From the NCBI GenBank assembly GCA_963665275.2, contig CAXXIN010000019.1:169444-233443 (forward strand): a DNA stretch of 64,000 nt, in the 5' to 3' direction. A program made the position numbers and the translations under genes. Below are positions 18,975 to 29,200 of the stretch, one piece after another. How positions within the stretch are numbered: position 1 is the stretch's first letter; each line of letters starts with the position of its first letter. The notes below the pieces were generated by a model that made no database searches, was not told the DNA's origin, and saw only the letters and a list, made by a program, of their open reading frames with translations. The stretch is from Negativicutes bacterium. GTDB taxonomy: Bacteria > Bacillota > Negativicutes > UBA1444.

Positions 18975-19988
18975 CTATTTTGTTGCTTTCTTCCAAGTCC
19001 GAGACAGGTCCAGAACGCAGCCTGCCCACGACAATCCGACGCCGAACCCGATGGACACTACCTTTTTCAGGGTGGTTGCATCCACGGACTGCAGAATTTC
19101 AGCCAGCGCCAGCGGGATCGTGCTGGAAACGGTGTTCCCATACCGATCCGGCTTATTCCAGAAAGGCAGGTCGTTCAGTTTGCATTTGTGCTGAATCGAC
19201 TCCAACATGAACCGATTCGCCTGATGAAAAACATAATAGTCGACGTCTTCCCGCTTCAGACCTGCGGCTTCCAGCACTTTTTTCAAGGTCTTGGGAACCA
19301 CATCCTGAGCAAAAGAAATGACCGATCGCCCATTCATATAGAGATTGTAATTGGTTCTTTTGTTGCCGGCCGAATCAACAGTTTCGATTTCGGCAGTCGC
19401 GCCACCCGGTTCGCGCATTCCCCCGACCGGCACGATGATATCGGGGCCTCCGGATCCATCCGTCCCGAAAACAAAGGCACGCAGTCCGTCCTGCGCCGTA
19501 TCTTCCACCTCGAGAAGCGTCGCTGTCGCCGCGTCGCCGAAGATCGCCCGAGCTGCTGCGTCTTGCGGATGGGTCCATTTGCTGTAGGTTTCCGCCGTCA
19601 ACAACAACACATGCTTCGCCTGGCCCGTTTCCAACAGCCCTTTGGCGACAGACAAGCCAAAAATATAGCCTGAACAGCCCAGGTTCAAATCAAACGCGCC
19701 GCAATTCCGGGATATCCCCAAACGGTGCTGCAACAGGCAAGCCGTCGTCGGCAGAAAATAATCAGGCGACTGTGTGCACAAAATAATGAAATCTATTTTT
19801 GAACGATCAATGCCATAATCCGAAAATAAATTTTCTGCGGCGCAAACAGCCATATCCGAGGAGCATTCGTCCGGCGCCGCAATATGCCGTTCGTAGATCC
19901 CTGTTTTCTTTGTAATCCGGGAGTCGGCATCATTATATTCGATCTGACGGGGTACATAGGTGGAAATCCCTTTAATATAAGCTTTCAT
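18975..19988 (-). CDS. Ketoacyl-ACP synthase III (FabH-like)
   Basis: Cys-His-Asn triad: 'NLGCSG', 'FHQAN', 'YGNTVSS'; 'GFGVGLSW'. Confidence 0.9.
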   Translation of the reverse strand: MKAYIKGISTYVPRQIEYNDADSRITKKTGIYERHIAAPDECSSDMAVCAAENLFSDYGIDRSKIDFIILCTQSPDYFLPTTACLLQHRLGISRNCGAFDLNLGCSGYIFGLSVAKGLLETGQAKHVLLLTAETYSKWTHPQDAAARAIFGDAATATLLEVEDTAQDGLRAFVFGTDGSGGPDIIVPVGGMREPGGATAEIETVDSAGNKRTNYNLYMNGRSVISFAQDVVPKTLKKVLEAAGLKREDVDYYVFHQANRFMLESIQHKCKLNDLPFWNKPDRYGNTVSSTIPLALAEILQSVDATTLKKVVSIGFGVGLSWAGCVLDLSRTWKKATK

Positions 19989-20138
19989 TTTCAACCCTTT
20001 CCTATCGTAATCATGCAGCAAGAAAAAACACGAAGCCCATCCTCGTGTTCATGTGTCCTGTTAATATTATAACTTGAATCCGAGATAAAGCTCAACAAAT
20101 AAATTCCAGCCGTCCTCTTCATCCATCATTTGTAAAAT

Positions 20139-20167
20139 ATGTCAGAGATCGCGGTGCCTGTCACCGG
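20139..20167 (-). repeat. Hairpin site copy F, supplies the TGA stop of the YdcF gene
   Basis: ATGTCAGAGATCGCGGTGCCTGTCACCGG; TCA at 20161-20163. Confidence 0.9.
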
Positions 20168-20925
20168 CTTCCGCTGCGAACTTTCAGTGCAGCCAGCCCC
20201 AGATACTCTTTCAGCGCGATACTGGTTCCCCGCAACGCTGACCCTGATGGCACCCAGCTGGTGGCATTCCAGTAGGAACCCCGTGGCACATAATATCCCA
20301 CTGGATACGGCGTCGCCACTACCCCGGCCTGTTTGAACTCCTCCACCGAACGCGCCATATGAAAGGCGGATGTCACCAGCACCGGCCGGGACAGGCCGCG
20401 TGCTTTGAGTATCTCGGCGGAAAAAATCGCATTCTCGGTCGTATTCAGGCTGCGGTCTTCCAATAAAACCTTGTCGGGCGCCATCCCGAGGCTGACCAGG
20501 ATGTCCCGCATCACGACCGCTTCCCGGCCATCGCCACGGAACACCTCTCCGCCCGAAGTCACAACCGGCCAACCCGTCCGGCGGTGCAGCACATAGGCGC
20601 CAATGATCCGCTGCGCCGGCACATCACCCACCTGTCCTACCCAACCCTCCGGCATCGGCACGTCCGCCATACTGCCGCCGCCCAGGAGAATGATCGAGTC
20701 CCCCTCCACCTGTAGCGGCAAAGGATGTCGATATTCCAGCGGTCGCAGCAGCGCTTCGGAAACCGGCTGAATCGACGCCGCATACATCAGAGCGGCAATC
20801 ACACAGGTCATTCCCGCCAGACCCCACGACTTCCGCCGCAGCCGCCACGCCAGCCACACCAGCGCCACAACGAAGCAGGCCGGAGGGAGAACCCAGGAGT
20901 AGAGAAATTTTATCGCATAGATCAT
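20161..20925 (-). CDS. YdcF/ElyC (DUF218) family envelope protein
   Basis: Two N-terminal TMs, 'IILLGGG', 'VTSGG', 'EDRSLNTTENA', 'LVTSAFHMARS', 'KEYLG'. Confidence 0.9.
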   Translation of the reverse strand: MIYAIKFLYSWVLPPACFVVALVWLAWRLRRKSWGLAGMTCVIAALMYAASIQPVSEALLRPLEYRHPLPLQVEGDSIILLGGGSMADVPMPEGWVGQVGDVPAQRIIGAYVLHRRTGWPVVTSGGEVFRGDGREAVVMRDILVSLGMAPDKVLLEDRSLNTTENAIFSAEILKARGLSRPVLVTSAFHMARSVEEFKQAGVVATPYPVGYYVPRGSYWNATSWVPSGSALRGTSIALKEYLGLAALKVRSGSR

Positions 20926-20951
20926 TTAGCTTCATCTCCATTATCTGTCAG

Positions 20952-20982
20952 AAATGTAAGAAATCGCGGTGCCTGTCACCGG
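20952..20982 (-). repeat. Hairpin site copy G, 9 nt after AbiEii stop
   Basis: AAATGTAAGAAATCGCGGTGCCTGTCACCGG. Confidence 0.9.
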
Positions 20983-20991
20983 TCCACCGCA

Positions 20992-21861
20992 TCACTGGTC
21001 CACAATAATCCGACGCACGATATCATGGAAAAAATCCCGGGACCAAACGGTGAGACCGCCGGGGTCGCGAACGAAAACCTCGACCTCTTTGCGCGCTTGT
21101 TCCACATTCAGCGTGTCAATCGCATTCTCCAGCAAACCAAAGAAGCTTTCCTCCGTTAGAGGCCCTTCCCCCTGCCAATGACCGCTCTGACGCATCCGCT
21201 GCTCCAAATGCCCCAGGTGAAGATGCGGATGATGGGTCACATACCACACCAGATCGTACCAATCACGACCTTTGACCCGGTCCTTCCACCTCCGGCACAA
21301 CACCGCATGCATCTTGCCTGCGAATAGATCGGGCAACTCATAGATGCGCACCGGGAATGCCACCGGTTGCAGCAGATAACGCACCTGCGTGGCAAACCCC
21401 GGAGGTGGGTCGGTATCCACCTCCAGTTTGATCTTGAGCACTTGTCCTCGCGGCACGCCAGACAACACGGATCCGCCGGCATCGATGACCAACATCTGCT
21501 GCAAAGTATCAGCTTTCAGAAAAGCAGACTGCACCGCTCGCTCCGTCCGGACCGCTCGTGCCTCAAACCGGACATCAAAACCGAACGCACCCAATTCGGC
21601 TCTGAGCGCATCTCCATAGCGAGCAAGCTCAAAGGTTGACGACGGCTTCAGCAACGAAAAATCCAGATCTTCCGAGAACCGGTCCAAGCCATACAATAAG
21701 CGCAGGGCCGTTCCACCGTAAAAGGCCGCTTTGTCAAAAAACTTGCTCCGCCACAGTCCAAGGAGTGCGATTTCCTGCAAAATTTCCCGCAGCGCACGCA
21801 CCGAATCCTCCGACGTTTTTCGCTCGTACCGCGCCAGCATCCGCCCAACCGCATCATTCAT
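20992..21861 (-). CDS. abiEii: Type IV TA toxin, AbiEii/AbiGii nucleotidyltransferase
   Basis: 'AFYGGTALRLLYGLDRFSEDLDFS', 'KIKLEVD', 'AGKMHA..R...KGRDWYDL'. Confidence 0.92.
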   Translation of the reverse strand: MNDAVGRMLARYERKTSEDSVRALREILQEIALLGLWRSKFFDKAAFYGGTALRLLYGLDRFSEDLDFSLLKPSSTFELARYGDALRAELGAFGFDVRFEARAVRTERAVQSAFLKADTLQQMLVIDAGGSVLSGVPRGQVLKIKLEVDTDPPPGFATQVRYLLQPVAFPVRIYELPDLFAGKMHAVLCRRWKDRVKGRDWYDLVWYVTHHPHLHLGHLEQRMRQSGHWQGEGPLTEESFFGLLENAIDTLNVEQARKEVEVFVRDPGGLTVWSRDFFHDIVRRIIVDQ

Positions 21862-22516
21862 CTCGATCACCCGTTCTTTCGCGTTGCAGCTGCGCAACCC
21901 ACAGCGCCAGCCCCAGCAGCTTCCGGGAACGATAGCCCTGGCCGACCGCTTCGATTCGATCCGCATCCAGAGTCGCCAGCACTTCGATATCGACGCGGAG
22001 CTGACCCACGATATATTCCTGCAGCTCAGCCGACGCGCCTCCGGTCGCACCCCGGTCCTGCTGAATTTTGTCACACAAGGCCTTTTCCGGCCCGGCCATC
22101 AGGAAAAATTGGTCCCTTCCGACTTCAAACTGGTCCATACCGAGCCGGAAAGCTCCCTGAGGAATTCCCCAATAAGTAAAAAGCCCGACCGGCGTCGAAA
22201 AACGGCGGCTCCTGCCACTCGTGACCGAAGTCACGGTCTCAGCCCGCTCCGGAATCAAGCCATGATAATGCAGGGCGTATTCCAGAGAAATATAGGACGG
22301 CCCGTAGATCAAATTGGCCAGCACTTCACGGGAGTAAGGACGCCGGCGATATTTTTCGCCAAAGATATATAACCCTTTTTTGACGCGGATGATATCTCCG
22401 TTGCGAAGCAAACCCGTGATCTTGTCCCGTGGTCGCGCATACTCTTTCAGACTGTCGAGGAGACTCTGATAATCGAACTCTTCGGCCTGTATCCGCCGCC
22501 GAATTTCTTCGCTCAC
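21854..22516 (-). CDS. abiEi: Type IV TA antitoxin AbiEi
   Basis: wHTH 'IIRVKKGLY', 'SYISLEYALHYHGLIPE', 'PEKALCD'; GTG start after GGAGG; overlaps toxin. Confidence 0.88.
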   Translation of the reverse strand: MSEEIRRRIQAEEFDYQSLLDSLKEYARPRDKITGLLRNGDIIRVKKGLYIFGEKYRRRPYSREVLANLIYGPSYISLEYALHYHGLIPERAETVTSVTSGRSRRFSTPVGLFTYWGIPQGAFRLGMDQFEVGRDQFFLMAGPEKALCDKIQQDRGATGGASAELQEYIVGQLRVDIEVLATLDADRIEAVGQGYRSRKLLGLALWVAQLQRERTGDRDE

Positions 22517-22548
22517 ACGCACCACCTCCTTGTCTCGGATAAAAACAC

Positions 22549-22595
22549 ATTTCCACATAGTATGTCGAATTCCTGCCGACATACTATGTGGAAAT
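22549..22595. promoter_or_regulatory. Perfect 19-bp inverted repeat, probable AbiEi autorepression operator
   Basis: ATTTCCACATAGTATGTCG-N9-CGACATACTATGTGGAAAT just upstream of abiEi. Confidence 0.8.
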
Positions 22596-22689
22596 TCGAA
22601 AAGTTTTTCTCGCCAAATTAATGGGTCGGCATAAAAGCACCCCTTCATTTTTGGGATGCTTTCTTGGAGTCAGTCAGTGCGAAAACTCT

Positions 22690-23532
22690 CTACTCCTCAT
22701 TCCACTGCAGATGCAGATGATAGTTGTCGCCCTCACCATGCCACAGCGCCCACAGTCCCTGCTGATCGGCATACGCAGCCACCAGTTCTTCCTGTGGCTG
22801 CGTAATGCCGTCCACGACAAGATCCACCGCGCGGCCCGACAGGTGCAGAGAATGCAGCACGCCGCCGACCGCCCCGTTCTTCGCCGGATCACGGAGTCCG
22901 GACGTGTAGGTCGGCTGCAGTCCCAGCGAACCCCGAATGTACTGATTCACCTTTGCCACCCGCCTGAGCACCTCCGGGATCACACCATCCAGCACCGGTT
23001 CCTGCAGCAGCGCCACTGCCTGCACCTCGACCTCGAACTTCACCCGTTCTCCATTGACGTATTCCACCTGATACCGCTCTGCGTTTCCCGCGAGGCGAAA
23101 AATCCCGGTTCCATGCATCAGTCCTGCCTGAAACTCTCCGACATAGCGGTCGCCATTGGCGAAGGTATAGACCCCCTGTCCCTGGAACAGCCCCGCCGCA
23201 AACTCGCCGGTATATCTTTCTCCGCCCGGCAGCGTCAGCGTCCCATTCCCTGTGAACAGACCTGCCGCCATCTCGCCGGCGAACAGCCGTCCGTCGCTAA
23301 AGGTCGCCACTCCGCGCCCCTCCGGCAAGCCCTCCCGGCAGTCTCCGCTCCAGAGGAAATCCGCCCCCATCACCTGAGCGGATTTTTTGGCATCGCAGAC
23401 AGAAACCGGGGAAGCAACAGCCGAGGAAGGAATATCTGAGGTTGCCGCGAAAACGGAACCACTTTGGATATTCAATGCGCCCCATAGAACACAAAACGTA
23501 AGCCAAAAAGCCAATAAAAAATGTTTTCTCAA
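22690..23532 (-). CDS. Secreted MORN-repeat protein with C-terminal peptidase M15-like domain
   Basis: Signal peptide; 'Y.GEF..G..HG.G' MORN repeats; 'TSGLR..KN..VGG..HSLHLSGRAVD...HLHLQ' M15 Zn motif. Confidence 0.8.
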   Translation of the reverse strand: MRKHFLLAFWLTFCVLWGALNIQSGSVFAATSDIPSSAVASPVSVCDAKKSAQVMGADFLWSGDCREGLPEGRGVATFSDGRLFAGEMAAGLFTGNGTLTLPGGERYTGEFAAGLFQGQGVYTFANGDRYVGEFQAGLMHGTGIFRLAGNAERYQVEYVNGERVKFEVEVQAVALLQEPVLDGVIPEVLRRVAKVNQYIRGSLGLQPTYTSGLRDPAKNGAVGGVLHSLHLSGRAVDLVVDGITQPQEELVAAYADQQGLWALWHGEGDNYHLHLQWNEE

Positions 23533-23585
23533 TATTTTCTCCTAACGGTAACGAGCCGATTTCCAGCACCTTTGCAGGTTATATT

Positions 23586-24734
23586 TCACCGGCAACCCAC
23601 GAACTGCGGTTTCTGTGTCAGCGTCACTACACCTTGCCCCGGCGCCGCGACCGCATGATCCCCGCCCATCGTCCAGGCCGCGAAACAACCTTTTCCCTTT
23701 GCATCGACAAACTCCAGCACGAAATCCTCCGAACGGGAAAATAGCCGCCTGGTATAGCGTCGGCCGGAAAGTTGTTGCGCCATCGTTTTCACCGCTTCCA
23801 GCGCCGGTTTCGGCATTCCGTCCTGTCGGAACAACCCGAAATTGTGCTCAAAACTGCGTGAGTCGGGCCCATCATTGCGAAAATCATACCAAATGGTAAA
23901 CTCCACTCCGGCAACCGTATTCACGAGGAACATCCGCTGAAGATAGGTCGCCTGAAACTCCTCCGTCACCCCCGGATGCAAGGTCGAATACCCCCACTCG
24001 CTCACGACAATGGGCACGGCCTTATCCGGCGAATACTTGACGATGAGATCCTGCACCCGCAGCAAATCCTCCAACGCGGTCTCCGGATGGGCATCCCGAT
24101 AAGGATGAACCGAAACGGCGTCCACATAGCGGAGCAACCCCAGTTTCATACATCCCTCCAAATATTGCAAATCGATGCCTGCAAGTCCAGGGGCAATCAC
24201 ATACGCGCCCGAGTCCGCCGAACGAATGGCTGTCGTCGCATCGATGATCAGCTTCATATACTCGAACGCTTCCGGCTTCGGTGGCCAAAAATGAGCAATA
24301 TTCGGCTCATTCCAAATTTCCCATATGACGCCTTTCCCTTTGAAGTGTGCAGCAGCCGCCGCCGCAAACTTTGCGAACGCCGCCCGCGCTTCCTCAGTCC
24401 GCACGGCCCGCTCCCCATACAAAGGATTTCCATAGTCCAGAATAAACAAGGGACGAATGCCTTTCGCCGCCATCTGCGACATTAAACGATCGTACACCTG
24501 AAAATCATAGACGCCTTTTTGCCGCTCTATCTGTTCCCATATCATATCAAAACGAATCAGGCGAAATCCAGCATTTCGAGTTTCCGAGATATCCTTCTCA
24601 TCCTGTGCAGGCTCCATCACGAAATGGTGATTGACTCCCAACGTCGATTCAAATAAGGGCGCAGCAGAAACTTCGCCGAAAGAGCTTAATCCTATGAAGC
24701 ATAACATCAACAATATCCAGTTTAATTTTTTCAT
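23586..24734 (-). CDS. Secreted clan GH-A glycoside hydrolase (GH5/GH39-like)
   Basis: Signal peptide, 'WEIWNEPN' acid/base, 'SVHPY', 'VSEWGY' nucleophile, 'NFGLF'. Confidence 0.82.
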   Translation of the reverse strand: MKKLNWILLMLCFIGLSSFGEVSAAPLFESTLGVNHHFVMEPAQDEKDISETRNAGFRLIRFDMIWEQIERQKGVYDFQVYDRLMSQMAAKGIRPLFILDYGNPLYGERAVRTEEARAAFAKFAAAAAAHFKGKGVIWEIWNEPNIAHFWPPKPEAFEYMKLIIDATTAIRSADSGAYVIAPGLAGIDLQYLEGCMKLGLLRYVDAVSVHPYRDAHPETALEDLLRVQDLIVKYSPDKAVPIVVSEWGYSTLHPGVTEEFQATYLQRMFLVNTVAGVEFTIWYDFRNDGPDSRSFEHNFGLFRQDGMPKPALEAVKTMAQQLSGRRYTRRLFSRSEDFVLEFVDAKGKGCFAAWTMGGDHAVAAPGQGVVTLTQKPQFVGCR

Positions 24735-24764
24735 CAATACCTCTCCCTCCATTGAAAACAGCAT

Positions 24765-25934
24765 TTATTTTAACTCACGGACCGGAAAATTCGCAATCGC
24801 TGACGCTACATACTTCGCGTACTCCTGTCGGAAGCGCTCTGGAGCAAATCGCAGTGCGTTTTCCCGGCAAAACTCCGGGCGGAATTCAGATTCCCTTGCC
24901 TCGAATGTCTCCACCGCAGCAATGATCGAACCCTCAGCCTGTTCAGAGAAAAACAGTCCTGTCGGCTTTTCCACCCCACTGCAACCAAGCCCTCGCACCG
25001 TTTCCAAGGCTCCGCCGGCGCCATAAGCGATTACCGGCGTACCGCAAGCTTGCGCCTCCACCGGCAGGATGCCGAAATCTTCCTTCGCCGCGAACACCAA
25101 CGCTCGCGCCTGGCGCAAATAGTCCCGCAACACTTCCCGCGGCTGATATCCCAGGAACTCAACATTTGGTCCAGCCACAGCGCGAGCCGCCTCGTATTGG
25201 GGCCCATCGCCGATCACCACCAGTCGTCGCCCGGGCATTCGCGAAAAAGCCTGCACAATCAGATTCATTCGCTTGTACGGCACCATCCTTGACGCTGCCA
25301 GATAGAAATTTCCCTTAACGCCATCTGGAGTGTAATATTCCGTATCCACCGGCGGAAAAACCACTGCTGAGTCACGATCGTATGAGGAACGAATGCGTTC
25401 GGCAATAAACGTCGAATTGGCAATAAAACAATTCACATTATGGGAGTTGCGCGAGTCCCACCTGCGCAGACGTTCCAGCAGCAACCGGGCCACCCATCCC
25501 CGGACTCCGGAAGCCATACCGGCTTCCCGCAGATATTCTTCCCGCATGTCCCACGCATAGCGCATCGGGGAGTGGCAATAGCAAATATGGAGTTGATCCG
25601 GGCGAGTTACCACACCCTTGGCCACCGCATGCGACGAAGAAAGCACCAGATCATAACCGGACAGGTTCAGTCGTTCCACCGCCCATGGCATCAACGGCAA
25701 ATAGGAGCGGTAACGGCGACGGGCTCCAGGCAGTTGCTGCACGAAGGTCGTGTGGACTGTTCGCCCTCCGAAAAAAGCACGGTCTTGCGAAGGCATAAAT
25801 TCAACGACGGAGAATAAATCCGCCGTCGGATACAACGCCAACATTTCCGCCAACACCCGCTCCGCTCCGGCATAGGTCACCAGCCAATCATGGATAATGG
25901 CGATTTTCAAGGAGGATAACTTATCTTCAATCAT
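24765..25934 (-). CDS. Glycosyltransferase family 4 (WbaZ-like mannosyltransferase)
   Basis: 'AIIHDWLVTYAGAERVL', 'YCHSPMRYAWD', 'EDFGILPVEAQACG'. Confidence 0.9.
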   Translation of the reverse strand: MIEDKLSSLKIAIIHDWLVTYAGAERVLAEMLALYPTADLFSVVEFMPSQDRAFFGGRTVHTTFVQQLPGARRRYRSYLPLMPWAVERLNLSGYDLVLSSSHAVAKGVVTRPDQLHICYCHSPMRYAWDMREEYLREAGMASGVRGWVARLLLERLRRWDSRNSHNVNCFIANSTFIAERIRSSYDRDSAVVFPPVDTEYYTPDGVKGNFYLAASRMVPYKRMNLIVQAFSRMPGRRLVVIGDGPQYEAARAVAGPNVEFLGYQPREVLRDYLRQARALVFAAKEDFGILPVEAQACGTPVIAYGAGGALETVRGLGCSGVEKPTGLFFSEQAEGSIIAAVETFEARESEFRPEFCRENALRFAPERFRQEYAKYVASAIANFPVRELK

Positions 25935-26185
25935 TGATGCTATCTCTTTTCCTCTTTTTCCTCTAATCCCGCTTCAATACTATGCTGTTCTCAATTCCTG
26001 CGCAAGAATTACGCGATAAAATCTATATGTGAAGTACAATTGCTTGAAATAGCTTCTTAGTTGACTATTTTATATTCGACAATTTATCACTGAATCCTCT
26101 GTAAGTCAAAACAATGGGGTTCGTCAAAGGAAGTTCTCCGGTCTATCTTTCCTCTCTTTTGGATTACATTTTCCCTGGGAAAATA

Positions 26186-26228
26186 GCGAAGAACCCGCTA
26201 AGCATCTTCAGCTTCAGCGGGTTCTCGC
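26186..26228 (-). terminator. Intrinsic terminator of RTX gene 1
   Basis: GAACCCGCT...AGCGGGTTC hairpin followed by TATTTT on minus strand. Confidence 0.65.
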
Positions 26229-26269
26229 ATTGTGTCTTAACCAAGTTTCTCTTTATGATTTAATTTTCC

Positions 26270-29200
26270 TTAAGACGACCAACTGGCACCATCGGTTGTC
26301 TTGGTCCCGTTCGCGAAAGTGAAACTATTGAGTTTATGCCCAGGGTCCAAGTTCCAACCGGCTATAGTGACCGTATCACCGCCGATGGTGATGGTCAGGT
26401 CATCCCCGATCGAACCTAAAGTAGCGTCTGTACTCTGGAACGAGCTAAAGTCGATCTTATCCAAATTATTCTCAGTTGATCCGGCAATTGTGTCATTGCC
26501 GAAGCCTGCCGCTGTGAAACTGTATGTGTCGATGCCTGCGCCCCCTGCGAGCCAATCGTTACCCACGCCGCCGATCAGTGTGTCGTTCCCTGCACCGCCA
26601 TCCAGCGTGTCATTCCCAGCGTCACCCCACAATGAATCGTTACCAACTGCGCCATTCAGAGTATCCATCCCGGCGCCGCCGAGCAGAACATTGTTCAGGG
26701 CGTTCCCGCTGAGCAGGTCGTCGCCGCTGCCGCCTGTCGCGTTTTCCATGTCGCCGAGACTATCCAGGTACAGACTCACGTTCGTTGTATACGCCGACGC
26801 ATCCCACAGGTCCGTTCCATCTCCGCCGGACACGATTGGATCCGCGTCATAGATCAGCACGTCGTCCCCGTCTCCGCCATAGAGCTTATCTGTTCCCGCT
26901 CCCCCGTCCAGCGTGTCGTTCCCCGCCCCGCCGATGAGAATATTGACGCCGCTGTTCCCCAGCAGCGAGTCGTTGCCGCTGCCGCCCGTGGCGTTTTCGA
27001 AATCGGCATGGGTCACCAAATCCAGCGTGAGAGCAGTGGTCTGCGCCGAGGCATCCCACAGGTCCGTTCCATCCCCGCCGGTTACTGTTGTATCCGCCGC
27101 ATCATAGACCAGCACGTCGCTGCCGTCTCCGCCGTCGAGCACATCCGCTCCCGTTCCCCCGTCCAGCGTGTCGTTGCCGATGCCGCCATAGAGCGTATCG
27201 TTGCCGGATCCGCCACTTAGCGTGTCGTTGCCGGATCCGCCGGTGAGTACATTGTCGGTGCTGTTTCCCGTAAGGGTGTCGTCGCCGCTGCCGCCGATGG
27301 CGTTTTCGAAATCAGCGTAGGTCGCTGTCAAGTCGAGATTGAGCGCCGTGGTCTGCGCCGACGCATTCAGGGTATCGTTGCCGCTGCCGCCGGAGATCAC
27401 CGCGTCAGCCGCATCATAGATCACTGCATCGTTACCGTCTCCGCCGTAGAGGCTATCGACGCCTCCCCGGCCATTCAGCGTGTCGTCACCGATGCCGCCG
27501 GTCAAAACGTTGGCCAGTGTGTTCCCGCTCACGATGTCGTTGCCGCTGCCGCCGATGGCATTTTCCATATCACTGAGGGGTTCCATATCCAGCGTCACGC
27601 CCGCGGTCTTCGCCGACGCATCCCACGTATCGGTTCCGTCGCCGCCGAACACAGCCCAATCAACATCATAATAGATCAGGGTATCGTCGCCGTCGCCGCC
27701 AAAGAGTCGATCCAGTCCTTCGCCACCGTCCAGCGTGTCGTTGCCGGCTCCGCCCATGAGAATATTGACGAGGCTGTTCCCCAGCAGCGAATCATTACCG
27801 CTGCCGGTCGTGGCGTTTTCGATGTCGTCGTGACCCACCAGACTCAGCGTCACAGCCGTGCTCTGCGCCGACGCATCCCATAGGTCCGTTCCATCCCCGC
27901 CGGATACTGTTGTATCCGCCGCATCATAGACCAGCACATCGTTGCCGTCCCCGCCATTGAGCACATCCGCTCCCGCGCCCCCGTCCATCGTGTCGTTGCC
28001 GGTTCCTCCATTGAGGGTATCGTTGCCGGTTCCACCATAGAGCGTATCGTTCCCGGATCCGCCGGTGAGGATGTTGTCGGTGCTGTTGCCTGTGAGGGTA
28101 TCGTCGCCGCTGCCTCCTATGGCGTTTTCGAAATCAGCGAAGGCCGTTGTCAGGTTCAGATTGAGCGCCGTGGTCTGCGCCGATGCATCCAGGGTGTCGT
28201 TGCCGCTGCCGCCGGAGATCACCGCGTCCGCCGCATCATAGATCACTGCATCGTTCCCGGCTCCGCCGTAGAGACTGTCCACGCCGTCCCGGCCGTCCAG
28301 CAGATCGTTGCCGGCTCCGCCGGTAAGAATGTTGGCCAAGCTGTTCCCCTTCACGATATCGTCCCCGCTGCCACCTGTGGCATTTTCCATGTCACTGATG
28401 TTTTCCATATCCAGGGTCACCGCCGCGGTCTTCGCCGATGCATCCCATGTGTCGGTCCCGTCGCCGCCGGACACGATTGTATCGGCATCATAGACTAGGA
28501 CATCGTCCCCGTCGCCGCCGTAGAGACGATCCGCGCCGACGCCGCCGTCCAATGTGTCGTTGCCGGCCATGCCATTCAGAGTATCGCTTCCGGCGCCGCC
28601 GAGCAGAACATTGTTCAGGGCGTTCCCGCTGAGCAGGTCGTCGCCGCTGCCGCCTGTCGCGTTTTCCATGTCGCCGAGACTATCCAGGTACAGACTCACG
28701 TTCGTTGTATACGCCGACGCATCCCACAGGTCCGTTCCATCTCCGCCGGACACGATTGGATCCGCGTCATAGATCAGCACGTCGTCCCCGTCTCCGCCAT
28801 AGAGCTTATCTGTTCCCGCTCCCCCGTCCAGCGTGTCGTTCCCCGCCCCGCCGATGAGAATATTGACGCCGCTGTTCCCCAGCAGCGAGTCGTTGCCGCT
28901 GCCGCCCGTGGCGTTTTCGAAATCGGCATGGGTCACCAAATCCAGCGTGAGAGCAGTGGTCTGCGCCGAGGCATCCCACAGGTCCGTTCCATCCCCGCCG
29001 GTTACTGTTGTATCCGCCGCATCATAGACCAGCACGTCGCTGCCGTCTCCGCCGTCGAGCACATCCGCTCCCGTTCCCCCGTCCAGCGTGTCGTTGCCGA
29101 TGCCGCCATAGAGCGTATCGTTGCCGGATCCGCCACTTAGCGTGTCGTTGCCGGATCCGCCGGTGAGTACATTGTCGGTGCTGTTTCCCGTAAGGGTGTC

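Noticed and set aside
3769-20982. Hairpin sites as ordinary intrinsic terminators
   Set aside because: Loop sequence is invariant, stems are short, most lack U-tracts and several lie inside apparent operons; only copy C looks terminator-like.
26075-26081. TTCGACA (Spo0A-box-like) upstream of GT4, with similar heptamers elsewhere
   Set aside because: A 7-mer is too short to support without genome-wide statistics.
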